From: Squalus acanthias
Lineage: Eukaryota
NCBI GenBank assembly: GCA_030390025.1
Contig: CM059431.1
Coordinates: 94,304,001-94,368,000, forward strand
Length of the DNA: 64,000 nucleotides
Direction: 5' to 3'
Part shown: positions 37,273-48,125 of the stretch, piece by piece
Layout of the letters: every line of letters starts with the position of its first letter
Numbering within the stretch: the first letter of the stretch is position 1
Program-made: the position numbers and the translations under genes
Notes under the pieces: model-generated
Databases searched by the model: none
Seen by the model: only the letters and a program-made list of their open reading frames with translations
Told to the model about the DNA's origin: nothing

Positions 37273-38446
37273 TATAGAATCATAGAAATTTACAGCACAG
37301 AAGGAGGCCATTTTGGCCCATTGTGTCCGCACCGGCCGACAAAGAGCTCTTCAGCCTAATCCCACTTTCCTGCTCTTGGTCCGTAGCCCTGTAGCACTTC
37401 AAATGCACATCCAAGCACTTTTTAAATGTGGTGAGGGTTTCTGCCTCTACCACCCTTTCAGGCAGTGAGTTCCAGACTCCAACCACCCTCTGGGTGAAGA
37501 AATGTCCCCTCAAATCCCCTCTAAACCTCCTACCAATTACTTTAAATCTGTGCCCCTGGTTGTTGACCCCTCTGCTGAGGGAAATAGGTCCGTCCTGTCC
37601 ACTCTATTTAGGCCCCTCATAAATTTATACACCTCAATAAGGTCTCCCCTCAGCCTCCTCTGTTCCAAAGGAGGCAAACCCAGCCTATCCAATAATTCCT
37701 CGTAGCTAAAATTCTCCAGTCCAGGCAACATCCTCGTAAATCTCCTCTGTACCCTCTCTAGTGCAATCACATCTTTCCTGTAATGTGGTGACCAGAACTG
37801 CTCTTGTATTCTATGCCTCGGCTAATAAAGGCTAGCATTCCGTATGCCTTCTTAACCACCTTATCTACTTGGCCTGCTACCTTCAGGGATCTGTGGACAT
37901 GCACTCCAAGGTCCCTTTGTTCCTCTATACTACTCAGAGTCCTACCATTTAATGTGTATTCCCTTGCCTTGTTAGCCCTCCCCAAATGCATTACCTCACA
38001 CTTCTCCGGATTGAATTCCATTTGCCACTGTTCTGCCCACCTGACCAGTTCATTGATATCTTCCTGCAGTCTATAGCTTTCTTCTTCATTATCAACCACA
38101 TGGCCAATTTTTGTATCATCCGCAAACTTCTTAATCATACCCCCTACATTCAAGTCCAAATCGTTGATATATACCACAAAAAGCAAGGGACCTAGTACTG
38201 AGCCCTGTGGAACCCCGCTGGAAACAGCCTTCCAGTCACAAAAACATTCATCAACCATTACCCTTTGCTTCCTGCCTCTGAGCCATTTTGAATCCAACTT
38301 GCCACTTTGCCCTGGATCCGATGGACTTTTACTTTCGTGACCAGTCTGCCATGTGGGACCTTATCAAAAGCCTTGCTAAAATCCATATACACTACATCAA
38401 ATGCACTACCCTCATCGACCTTCCCTTAACAAATCCATACTGAATG
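37273..38446 (-). mobile_element. 5'-truncated CR1 (RT 3' half) with deletions
   Basis: PQGSVLGP, FADD and a CTATGATT tail. Confidence 0.9.
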
Positions 38447-39190
38447 TCATAAGAACATAGGAACATAAGAAATAGGAGCAGGAATAGGCCACTTGGCCCC
38501 TCGAGCCTGCTCCGCCATTCAATAAGATCATGGCTGATCTTGGGCTCAAAGCCACTTCCCTGCCCGCTACCCATAACTCTTCACTTCCTTATCTTGCAAA
38601 AATCTGTCTATCTCCACCTTAAATGTATTTAATGACCCAGCCTCCACGGCTCTCTGGGGCAGAGAATTCCACAGATTTATGATCCTCTGAGAGAAGAAAT
38701 TCCTCCTCATCTCAGTTCTAAAAGGGTGACCCTCTATTCTGAAACTATGCCCCCGAGTTCTAGATTTCCCCACGAGGGGAAACATCCTCTCTGCATCTAC
38801 CTTGTCGAGCCCCCTCAGTATCTTATATGTTTCAATAAGATCACCTCTCATTCTTCTAAATTCCAATGAGGATAGGCCCAACCTGCTCAACTTTTCTCCA
38901 TAAGTCAACCCCCTCATCTCAGGAATCAACCGAGTGAATCGTCTCTGAACTGCCTCCAATGCAAGTATATCCTTCCTTAAATAAGGAGACTAAAACTGTA
39001 CGCAGTACTCAAGGTGTGGTCTCACCAATAGCCTGTACAGTTGTAGCAGGACTTCCCTGCTTTTATACTGCAACCCCCTTGCAATAAACATAAGAACATA
39101 AGAACATAAGAAATAGGAGCAGGAGTAGGCCAATTGGCCCCTCGAGCCTGCTCCGCCATTCAATAAGATCATGGCTGATCTGATCCTAAC
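38447..39190 (-). mobile_element. Two stacked short CR1 3' fragments (38447-39087 and 39088-39190)
   Basis: Two (CTTATGTT)n tails, each with a near-identical 3' UTR. Confidence 0.85.
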
Positions 39191-39323
39191 CGCCAATCTA
39201 CTATCACAGAACCATCTCCTGAACCTAACAGAATTGGACACACAAAATAGGAGCAGGATCATGCTATACGGCCCCTGGGCCCGCTATGCCACCCACAGGG
39301 CCATGACCAATCCGAACCTAGAC

Positions 39324-41597
39324 TCATGTCCAAATTCCTGCCCCCTCCCCGTAACCCTTAATTCCCTTTACTTCTAGGAAACTGTCTATTTCTGTTTTAA
39401 ATTTATGTAATGATGTAGCTTCTACAGCTTTTTGGGGCAGCATATTCCATGGACCTACCACCCTCCGAGTGAAGTAGTTCCTTCTCATCTCAGTTTTGAA
39501 AGAGCAGCCCCTTATTATAAGACTATGCCCCCTAGTTCTAGTTTCACCCATCATCGGGAACATCCTCCCCGCATCCACCCGATCCAACCCCTTCACAATC
39601 TTATATGTTTCAATAAGATCGCCTCTCATTCTTCTGAACTCCAATGAGTAGAGTCCCAATCTACCCAACCTCTCCTCATATGTCCATCCTCTCATCCCCG
39701 GGATTAACCGAGTGAACCTTCTTTGTACTGACTCGAGAGCAAGTATGTCTTTTCTTAAGTATGGACACCAAAACTGTATGCAGTATTCCAGGTGCGGTCT
39801 CACCAATACCTTGTACAACTGAAGCAATACCTCCCTATTTTTATATTCTATCCCCTTAGCAATGAAAGCCAACCTCCCATTGGCCTTCTTAATCACTTGC
39901 TGCACCTGCATACTAACCTTTTGAGTTTCGTGCACCAGGACCCCCAGATCCCTTTGTACTTCAGTACTTTCCAGTTTCTTGCCATTTAGATAATAACTTG
40001 CTCTACTATTTTTCCTGCCAAAGTGCATAACCTCACACTTTCCAGTATTGTATTCCATCTGCCAAATCTCTGCCCACTTACTTAGCCTGTCTATGTCCCC
40101 TTGCAGATTTTTTATGTCCTCCTCACTCACTACTTTCCCTCCCATCTTAGTATCATCTGCAAACTTTGATATGTTACACTCGGTCCCCTCCTCCAAATCG
40201 TTAATATAGATTGTAAAGAGTTGGGGACCCAGCACTGACCCCTGCGGAAAGGCCTCATTAGAGGAACATGCTAAGATATCATCCCTCCTTACAGCAGTAA
40301 TTGACTCCTTGATTAATATTGCGACACCCCCTCTTTTACTCCCCCCTCTGTCTCGCCTAAAGATTCTATACCCTGGAATATTGAGCTGCCAGTCCTGCCC
40401 CTCCCTCAACCATGTCTCTGTGATAGCTACAATATCATACTCCCATGTGTTCATCAACACCTTCAATTCATCTACCTTACTCGCAAGACTCCTTGCATTA
40501 AAATAAATGCCATCCAGCCTTGCCATACTCCCTTGTGCCGTTACATATTTGCTCTGCCTTTCAGGCTGACTTGTTTTTTCCTCTATAGTTGGCTGTGCAT
40601 CATCCCCTACTATAGCTCCATTCCCTATCCCATCCCCCTGCCAAGTTAGTTTAAACCCCCCACCAACAGTACTAGCAAATCTCCCCGCAAGGATGTTGGT
40701 CCCTTTCCAGTTCAGGTGCAACTCGTCCGACTTGTACAGGTCCCACCTTCCCCAGAAGCAGACCCAGTGATCCAGGAAACTAAAGCCCTCCCTCCTGCAC
40801 CAACTCTTTAGCCATGCATTCATCTGCTCTATCCCCCTATTCCTATACTCACTAGCACGTGGCACCGGGAGTAATCCAGAGATTAGAACCTTTGAGGTCC
40901 TGCTTTTTAATCTGCTACCTAGCTCCCTAAATTCTTGTTGCAGGACCTCATCCCTGTTTCTACCCATGTCGTTGGTACCAATGTGAACCATGACCTCTGA
41001 CTGTTCGCCCTCCCCCTTCAGAATGCCCTGCAACCGTTCAGTGACATCCTTGACCCTGGCACCAGGGAGGCAACATAACATCCTGGAGTCACGTCTGTGG
41101 CCACAGAAACGTCTATCTGTTCCCCTTACAATAGAATCCCCTATCACTATTGCTCTCCCACTCTTTTTCCTCCCCTCCTGTGCAGTTGAGCCACTCATAG
41201 TGCCACGGACTTGGATCTTGCTGCATTCCCCTGAGAAACCATCTCCCCCATCAGTATCCAAATTGGAAAATCTGTCGGAGAGGGAGATGGACCCAGGGGA
41301 CTTCTGCACTACCTTCCTAGTTCTTTTACTCTGTCTGGTGGTCACCCATTTCCTGTCTGCCTGTGCACTCTTTACCTGCGGTGTGACCACCTTGTTAAAC
41401 ATGCTATCCACGAAGATCTCAGCTTCACGGATGCTCCACAGTGACTCCAGCCGCAGCTCCTGCTCTAAAACGCGGATTTCGAGTAGCTGCAGCTGGAGAC
41501 ACTTCCTGCACATGTGTTCGCCCTGGACACCTAAAGTGTCCCTGACTTCCAACATAGCGCAGGAGGAGCACTCCACGCTGCCGAGCTGCCCTGCCAT
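39324..41597 (-). CDS. Chimeric or internally deleted CR1 ORF: ORF1 (zinc finger, esterase) fused in frame to the EN N-half and RT C-half, 757 aa
   Basis: GDS/GTND esterase, then GGGFKLTWQG, FNARS/ITETW, then a junction near 40250 to PQGSVLGP/FADD. The element spans about 39235-41830. Confidence 0.75.
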   Translation of the reverse strand: MAGQLGSVECSSCAMLEVRDTLGVQGEHMCRKCLQLQLLEIRVLEQELRLESLWSIREAEIFVDSMFNKVVTPQVKSAQADRKWVTTRQSKRTRKVVQKSPGSISLSDRFSNLDTDGGDGFSGECSKIQVRGTMSGSTAQEGRKKSGRAIVIGDSIVRGTDRRFCGHRRDSRMLCCLPGARVKDVTERLQGILKGEGEQSEVMVHIGTNDMGRNRDEVLQQEFRELGSRLKSRTSKVLISGLLPVPRASEYRNRGIEQMNAWLKSWCRREGFSFLDHWVCFWGRWDLYKSDELHLNWKGTNILAGRFASTVGGGFKLTWQGDGIGNGAIVGDDAQPTIEEKTSQPERQSKYVTAQGSMARLDGIYFNARSLASKVDELKVLMNTWEYDIVAITETWLREGQDWQLNIPGYRIFRRDRGGSKRGGVAILIKESITAVRRDDILACSSNEAFPQGSVLGPQLFTIYINDLEEGTECNISKFADDTKMGGKVVSEEDIKNLQGDIDRLSKWAEIWQMEYNTGKCEVMHFGRKNSRASYYLNGKKLESTEVQRDLGVLVHETQKVSMQVQQVIKKANGRLAFIAKGIEYKNREVLLQLYKVLVRPHLEYCIQFWCPYLRKDILALESVQRRFTRLIPGMRGWTYEERLGRLGLYSLEFRRMRGDLIETYKIVKGLDRVDAGRMFPMMGETRTRGHSLIIRGCSFKTEMRRNYFTRRVVGPWNMLPQKAVEATSLHKFKTEIDSFLEVKGIKGYGEGAGIWT

Positions 41598-42208
41598 GTC
41601 CTACCCTTAATTTACTCCCTTTAAATTAAAAAATATTAAATACACTAGGGACCTTACTTCCCTTTAAACACTACTTACTCTAAACTAGAGACCTTACTTT
41701 TACTTTAATGACTGGAATGTAGAAATACTGTAGAAATACTCACCGCTGGTTCACTGTCCCCTCTTGTGCAGCTTTTTAGCTCCTGCTCTCCTGGAAGCTG
41801 ACAAAGATGGAAAAAGAAAGGAACACCTCCCTCATTATTCATTAAGAACCATACCCATGTCTTCTGCCTCCACACACAGATGACCTTTATGGTCTCTAAT
41901 AGGCCCTACTCTTTCTTTAGTTATCCTCTTGCTCTTAATGTACTTATAAAACATCTTTGGGTTTTCCTTGATTTTACTTGCCAAAATGTTTTCATGCCCT
42001 CTCTTTGCCTCCCTAATTTCCTTTTTAATTGCACCCCTGCACTTTCTATACTCCTCCAGAGTTTCTGCAGTATTCAGCCCACGGTATCTGTCATACGCCT
42101 CCCTTTGTTTCTTTATCCTACCCTGTATGTCCCTTGACATCCAGGGGGCTCTAGATTTGTTATCCCCACCCTTTTTCTTCAAGGGAACATATTTCCTCTG
42201 AACCCTTA

Positions 42209-45200
42209 GGGCTCAATTTTGCCAGGCCCAAGGAGGCGGGATTGGAGGCATGTGAGGTGTTAAAATCGCAGAAAATGGCAGGCGGCTCCGATCCCGCCTC
42301 CATCCCGCCTCCGAGCAATTTTCCCAGAATCGGAGTTTCAGACCCCGTTTCCATGCGGGATAGGCCCTTAAGGCCCTTAACAACCATTTAATTGCCTCTA
42401 TTATTCCATTTTGAGAGGCCTTTCTGATTTTGACACTTTTCCCCCGTCCCGCACGTCTCCTCTGGAACACGCCAGTTAATCCTGGCGGCCTCACAAGTGG
42501 ATTTCTTACTAACAGCTGCACCTCCACCATTAAAAAGGAGTTTTCACCAATGATCATTTGCAGGTGGCAGTACTTTGTTGTCTCAGGTCTGGGGTAACTT
42601 ATAGCAGGCATCATCATTGTTGTGGAAGTTTGGAGCCTGACACCCATCTCCAGTGTGATCTTTTGGGAATCCCCTCTCCCCACCTTGACTGAGCGCTTCC
42701 TCAACTGAGGCATATACCAGAAGCATGGGAACCATTTATTTCCTTTCCTCCTGGACATCAGATTCGGACGAAGACCAGCGCGGCAGCAGCAGAACCATGA
42801 ACAACAGTGGCACCAACAGCAGGAGCAACAACAGGAGCGCCAAGCTGCTGCTCACACACCTGAAGCTGCACAGGCCAGAATGCGCCAGTGCGCAATCACA
42901 TTGCTGCCTGGGATGCAAGGGACGCACTCATCTTGGCCAGATTTGCTTAGCCAGCCCAATCAAACACTTTTGCCTCGCACCTTCTTACCAGAGCATCGAC
43001 AATGGACAAGAACCTGCGGATTCCTATAGTATATTCCTATCATACTGACAATTGCAAGTCACTCTAAGCCCTCAATGTGGAAGTCCCATTTGTGAAATGA
43101 CAAAAGCCACAACTTCAACAGTTTGCCATCAGAATTTTTTTATCACAACAAGCAACTGATGGCATTTCAAAAATAAACACAACATAACACCCAAGTGACT
43201 ACCCTCGTGACTACTTGTGCTTTATCTTCCTCCTACGTGGTGCTTCCCCTGTGGTTTCAGCAGATGCGGAGGCCGCTTGCTCACTTTCTTGCTGCTCCTG
43301 TCTCGACACCTTTGGCGGCCGTCCTCTGGGGTTGCGAACCTGTGAGAGCTCGGCAACAGTCTGCTGCTCCTGCGGCTGTGCAGGGGATGAGATGCCCATC
43401 TCAGTTGAGTGAGGATTCTGGTGGGGCTCTGACCGAGGGCTTTGCAGTGGCATGGTCGTGTGAGCGCTTGGAGAGGAGCCCCCACTTCCTTGTTCTCTGC
43501 CACCAACATCCCTCTCATGGGTCAGCCCCATTTCAGAGCTAGCAAGTGGCTTGACAGCACCTTGCTGCACTTCAGGGGGGCCATGCAAAGCCGTTTCTGC
43601 ACTGGAAGTCCTACTCCAGGGGACTTCCATGAAGGTCTGGTTTCTATGCTCAATAGCTGACCATCGCTCCACAAGAGATGCCAGTCTATTCTGAACAATT
43701 ACCATGTTTTCAACACTCTGGCGACTTAGCTCCTCCATGGCCATAGCCATCCTCTCCTCTACTGTAGCATCCTTTCCACGGAGGTAGCCATCCTTTCCAT
43801 GGAGGTTGCCATCCTTTCCGCGGTGATGTGTTCATTCGCCAATGCCTCCACAAAGGCTCTGCTCATGTTAGCGTTGGACTCCTCCATCTGCTCCACACTC
43901 GCAGTGACCCTGGAGACAATACCTGCCAGAGACTCCTGCACCTGTTCCTGGAGTTCCAGCACTGCTCTCCTTCTGGATGGACCCGGAGGCACAGGGTCAA
44001 CATGCAGCTGAGCCGAGCTGGCAGAGTCCTGCGCCCTCCAACGAGGACTCTCCACTGCTGGACCTGTCTCCACCATCTGCTGATGCTCACTTGTGAGCTG
44101 TGATACACCAGGTGCCAACAGTACTCTATCTAGCGAAGGTCCCACTGAGGTGTGAGTGTCTGCGCTGGTGCCAGGTGCGCTGAATTCTGCTGACGCTGCG
44201 CCCTCAGAGGTTGCAGCTTCCTCTGAGGAGTCTTGAAGCTCAGGCTCTTCCTCCTGGATAGTGGGGATGGGGGCTGTTGATGTTCCTTTTGGGGGAGTAA
44301 AGGAAAGAGTTAGAGATGTGAGGTAAAGGTTGCATGAACATTGAATAGTGCAGATGATCATATGTCAATCTGTTAGAGCACCAGAATCATTTTCAGTCAC
44401 TCATGCAATGTCAATGAGAGAGATGCCAAACTATTCTGTCACCAGCTTGCCGTGATGCACCCATCTGTCCGTCCCCCACTTGCAAATCGTCCTCGACACC
44501 GGCGATTTCCAGGGCCGCCTCCTCCGAGATGGTGAGCTGGGCTACTGAGGGTGGCCCTCCTCCTGTCCTCGCTCTTTCCCTCTTATTGTGGGCTCTCTTT
44601 TCCTGCAATGAGGGACACAAGTGGAGTTTGAGTGAGAATGAAAGAGTGAGTGTAGAGAATCCATAGCAAAGATGCTTAGAAGGAGACAAAGGGCCCTCCC
44701 TGTGTGTTGTAAGTTGTTGTCATTGCATCACAGTGATAGGGAGTGTGAGAGCTGCTGGTCGAATAGTTAAGTGAATGTGACCATAGAGAGAGAGGGAATG
44801 GGTAAGGTTGCAGGGATGTAAGTGTCAAGTGGGATGTGGAGGAAGAGGTTGGCAAAGCAGAGTGCTGGTGAGGAGAGGCGATGGGGATCAGATTGAGGGT
44901 GATGGGAAAGTCATACTCACTTTTCCTGTGCGGAGAAGGTCATGAAATCTTCCTGCACTGCAGCCAGATTCTGCGGCGCATAGAGATTGAGTTGACCTCC
45001 TGGGCCACTTGCATCCACACAGCTTTAGTCTGCTGGGGAGGCTTTTTCCTCCCTGAGTAAGGGAAGAGCTCCTCCTTATTTGATCTTGCTCCCTCCATCA
45101 GAGCTTGGAGGGAGGCCTCATCGAACTTTGGAGCACACTTTGGCCTACTGCTGGACATAGTTGCTGAATGAAGATATCACAACAATGGGCATAAAGTTTA

Positions 45201-45439
45201 AAGTCTCCAGAAGAAGCAAGGCTGCTTGCAGGCCTTAAATCCAGCAGCATTGACGACATCATCGGAGGCGACTTTCTGTATGAAAAGACTCATTGGGCCA
45301 GGGGTTTCCACACGCTGGAAATCAAGTGCCCAATTCAGGCAAAATCGCACTTTTTTTCCCACTTCATATCGGAGTTGGGGCCCTGACACGAAAACCACCT
45401 GACACGCCCCAGCCTGCCCCCAATGGCAAAATCGAGCCC
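42209..45439 (+). mobile_element. Harbinger with an internally deleted transposase and a near-complete but frameshifted Myb gene (45158-43211, -)
   Basis: 16-bp TIR GGGCTC(A/G)ATTTTGCCA and TSD TTA. Only the N- and C-termini of the transposase remain, at 42725-42950. Confidence 0.95.
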
Positions 45440-45685
45440 TTAGGATCTCCTCCTTGAATGCCTCCACTGCTCTGACACTGATTTACCTTCAAGTAGCTGT
45501 ATCCAGTCCACTTTGGCTAAATCCCATCTCAGCTTAGCAAAATTGGCTTTTCCCAATTTGAGAACTTTTATTCCTGATCTATCTTTGTCCTTTTCCATAA
45601 CTACCCTAAATCTAACTGAATTATGATCACTAGCACCAAAATGCTCTCCCACTTCCACCTACCCAGCTTCATTTCTTAAAATTAA

Positions 45686-48125
45686 GGGGGCGATTTTCCC
45701 AGCCCCGAGGAGGTGGGTTTGGAGGCGGGACAGTTGGCAGAAGCACAAAAGGTGAGGGCAGGTTCGGAGACCGCCTCCAACCCGCCTCTGTGCAATTTTG
45801 CCGGAGGCGGGTTTGATGGGTGCGATTCGGTCATGCCTCCATCAGTCAGGAAAGGTAGTTAAGACCCTTAAGTAGTCATTAAGGGCCTCTATAATCCTAT
45901 TTTGACAGGCCTTTGATATTTTGCCACATTTTGTGTGTGTTGCACAACCCTCCTAAACCACGCCAGCTAATCCTGGCGGGTTGACAAGTGGGTGTCCTCC
46001 TCACAGCTGCAGCTTCAGCATTAAAATGGAGCTTTCATCAGGGAGCAGTTGCAGGTGGCAGAATTTTTGTTCCACAGGTCTTTCAGCACTTTTAGCAGGC
46101 CTACCAAAGTTGGAAGTGCTGCAGCTTCTATCTCTCAACTGTGGGACCTCCTTGGAAGACCCCCTCCCCGCTTGGACTGAGCGCTTCCCCAATGGAGGTA
46201 TCTGCCAGCAGCATGGGAACCATTTATTTCCTTTCATCATGGACCTCAGATTCGGATGAGGAGCAGCCACAGCAGCAACAGAGCCAGGCAGCTCAGCAGC
46301 AACAGCAGCAGGAGCGCCAACCTCCCGCTCAGCCACCTGATGCTGCACAGGGCAGAAGGCGCCAGCGCATCGAGGCACCTCGCCGCAGGAGATACCCCCG
46401 ACAGAGGGTTTACAGACAGGGGATGAGCTACCTCAACATGACTGAGCAGCAGTGCCAAAGACTTTCGCAAGACGTTGTCGGAGACATCTGCGCACTGCTG
46501 TACCAACACCTGGAGCCCAGAGGAGTGGGTGGACACCCCTTACCAGTGGCTGTCAAAGTCACCACTGCACTCAACTTTTTTGCCTCAGGCTCCTTCCAGG
46601 GATCATCAGCAGACATCAGTGGCATCTGCCAGTCGGCCGCACACAGTTGCATCATGCAGTTTACCGATGCCCTTTTCGCAAAGGCGCACAATTACATCCA
46701 CTTCTCAAGGGACAAGCAAGTGTAACCATGTGTTCAGTTGGCTTTGCAAATATGGCAGGCTTGCCAAGGGTGCAGGGCATCATAGACTGCACACATGTGG
46801 CCCTTCGGGCACCCCATCAAAACCCAGCTATCTTTGTCAACCGAAAGGGCTTCCACTCCCTCAACGTACAGCTGGTGTGTAACCACAAGAAGGAGATTTT
46901 GCATGTTTGCACCAAGTTCTGTGGTAGTTGCCATGACTCGTTCATCGTGCAGAACTCTAGTGTTCCTCCGCTCTTCAATCCGCCAAACCAACTTAACGGA
47001 TGGCTCTTTGGTGACAAAGGCTACCCCCTGAAGAAGTGGCTAATGACGCCGATCAGGAGGCCAGCTAACGAGGCTGAGGAGCGCTACACGCCAGCCACAT
47101 TTCGACCAGGTCCATCATCGAGCAAACCATTGGCTTGCTGAGGATGTGATTCCAATGCCTTGACAAATCAGGTGGAGCCCTGCAGTATTCAGCAGCCAGG
47201 GTCTCCAGAATGGTTGTGGTCTGCTGTGCACTGCACAACATGGCACAGCGTCATGGCTTGCAGCTTCCTGATGAGCAAGTGGTTCAGTTCATAGCCTCCT
47301 TAGATGAGGAGGAGGAGGAGGAGGAGGACCGAGCGGCTGCATATCTACCAACAGCAGCAGCAGCAAACGAGCACATGGCTGCCCGTGATGCAAGGGATGC
47401 ACTCATCCTGGCCAGATTTGCCGAGGTTGCCCATTGTGGCACATGTGCTTGGCTTCTTCTTAACACATGATAGACAATGGACATGACTCTCTGGCCTCCT
47501 TTCACTCTGACCACCAACCTGACCACGCAAGTGTCACGGAGCCCTCAATGTGGAGCTGCCTAAGCCAAAATAACAGATGCCATCACGCCAACAGTTTGCC
47601 ATCACCTCATTTCAATACATTCAAACAGGGATGGCATTTCATCAATAACCAGAAACAATCACCCAATCTGTACACAGATCTGGAGGTTATATCCCTTGCC
47701 AGCTGGACCCACACAGCCTTGGTTTCTTTGGGAGGCCTCTTCTTCCCAGATGAGGGGAAGAGCACCTCCCGGCTAGCTCTCGCCCCCTCAACCAGCATAC
47801 CCAGTGCCTCATCCGAGAACCTCGGGGAGGCCCTTGCCTTGGAGCTGGCCATTCTTCAAGGAGATAAAAGTTTGGAGGTGGTGCACCATTGACCAAAAAC
47901 CAGTGAAATGAGCCAAGGCAGCAAGCAGCCCTTAAATGAAATTGGATAAGTGACGTCAGCAGAGGCGAGTTTCAGTCCCAAAAGATTAATTGGCCCAGGG
48001 GAACCCACACCTCTGAAAGTAACTGGCCAATTAGGGGAAAATCGCAAATTTTTCCCACCTGACAGTGGAGGCGGGTTTGGAACCCACCCAAACCGAAACC
48101 CGCCTCCAATGGGAAAATCGCACCC
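45686..48125 (+). mobile_element. Harbinger with a near-complete disrupted transposase (about 46213-47430) and a mostly deleted Myb gene
   Basis: 15-bp TIR GGG(G/T)GCGATTTTCCC and TSD TAA. IDCTH, HDS and GDKGY motifs. Only part of Myb exon 1 remains (47852 to about 47670). Confidence 0.95.
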
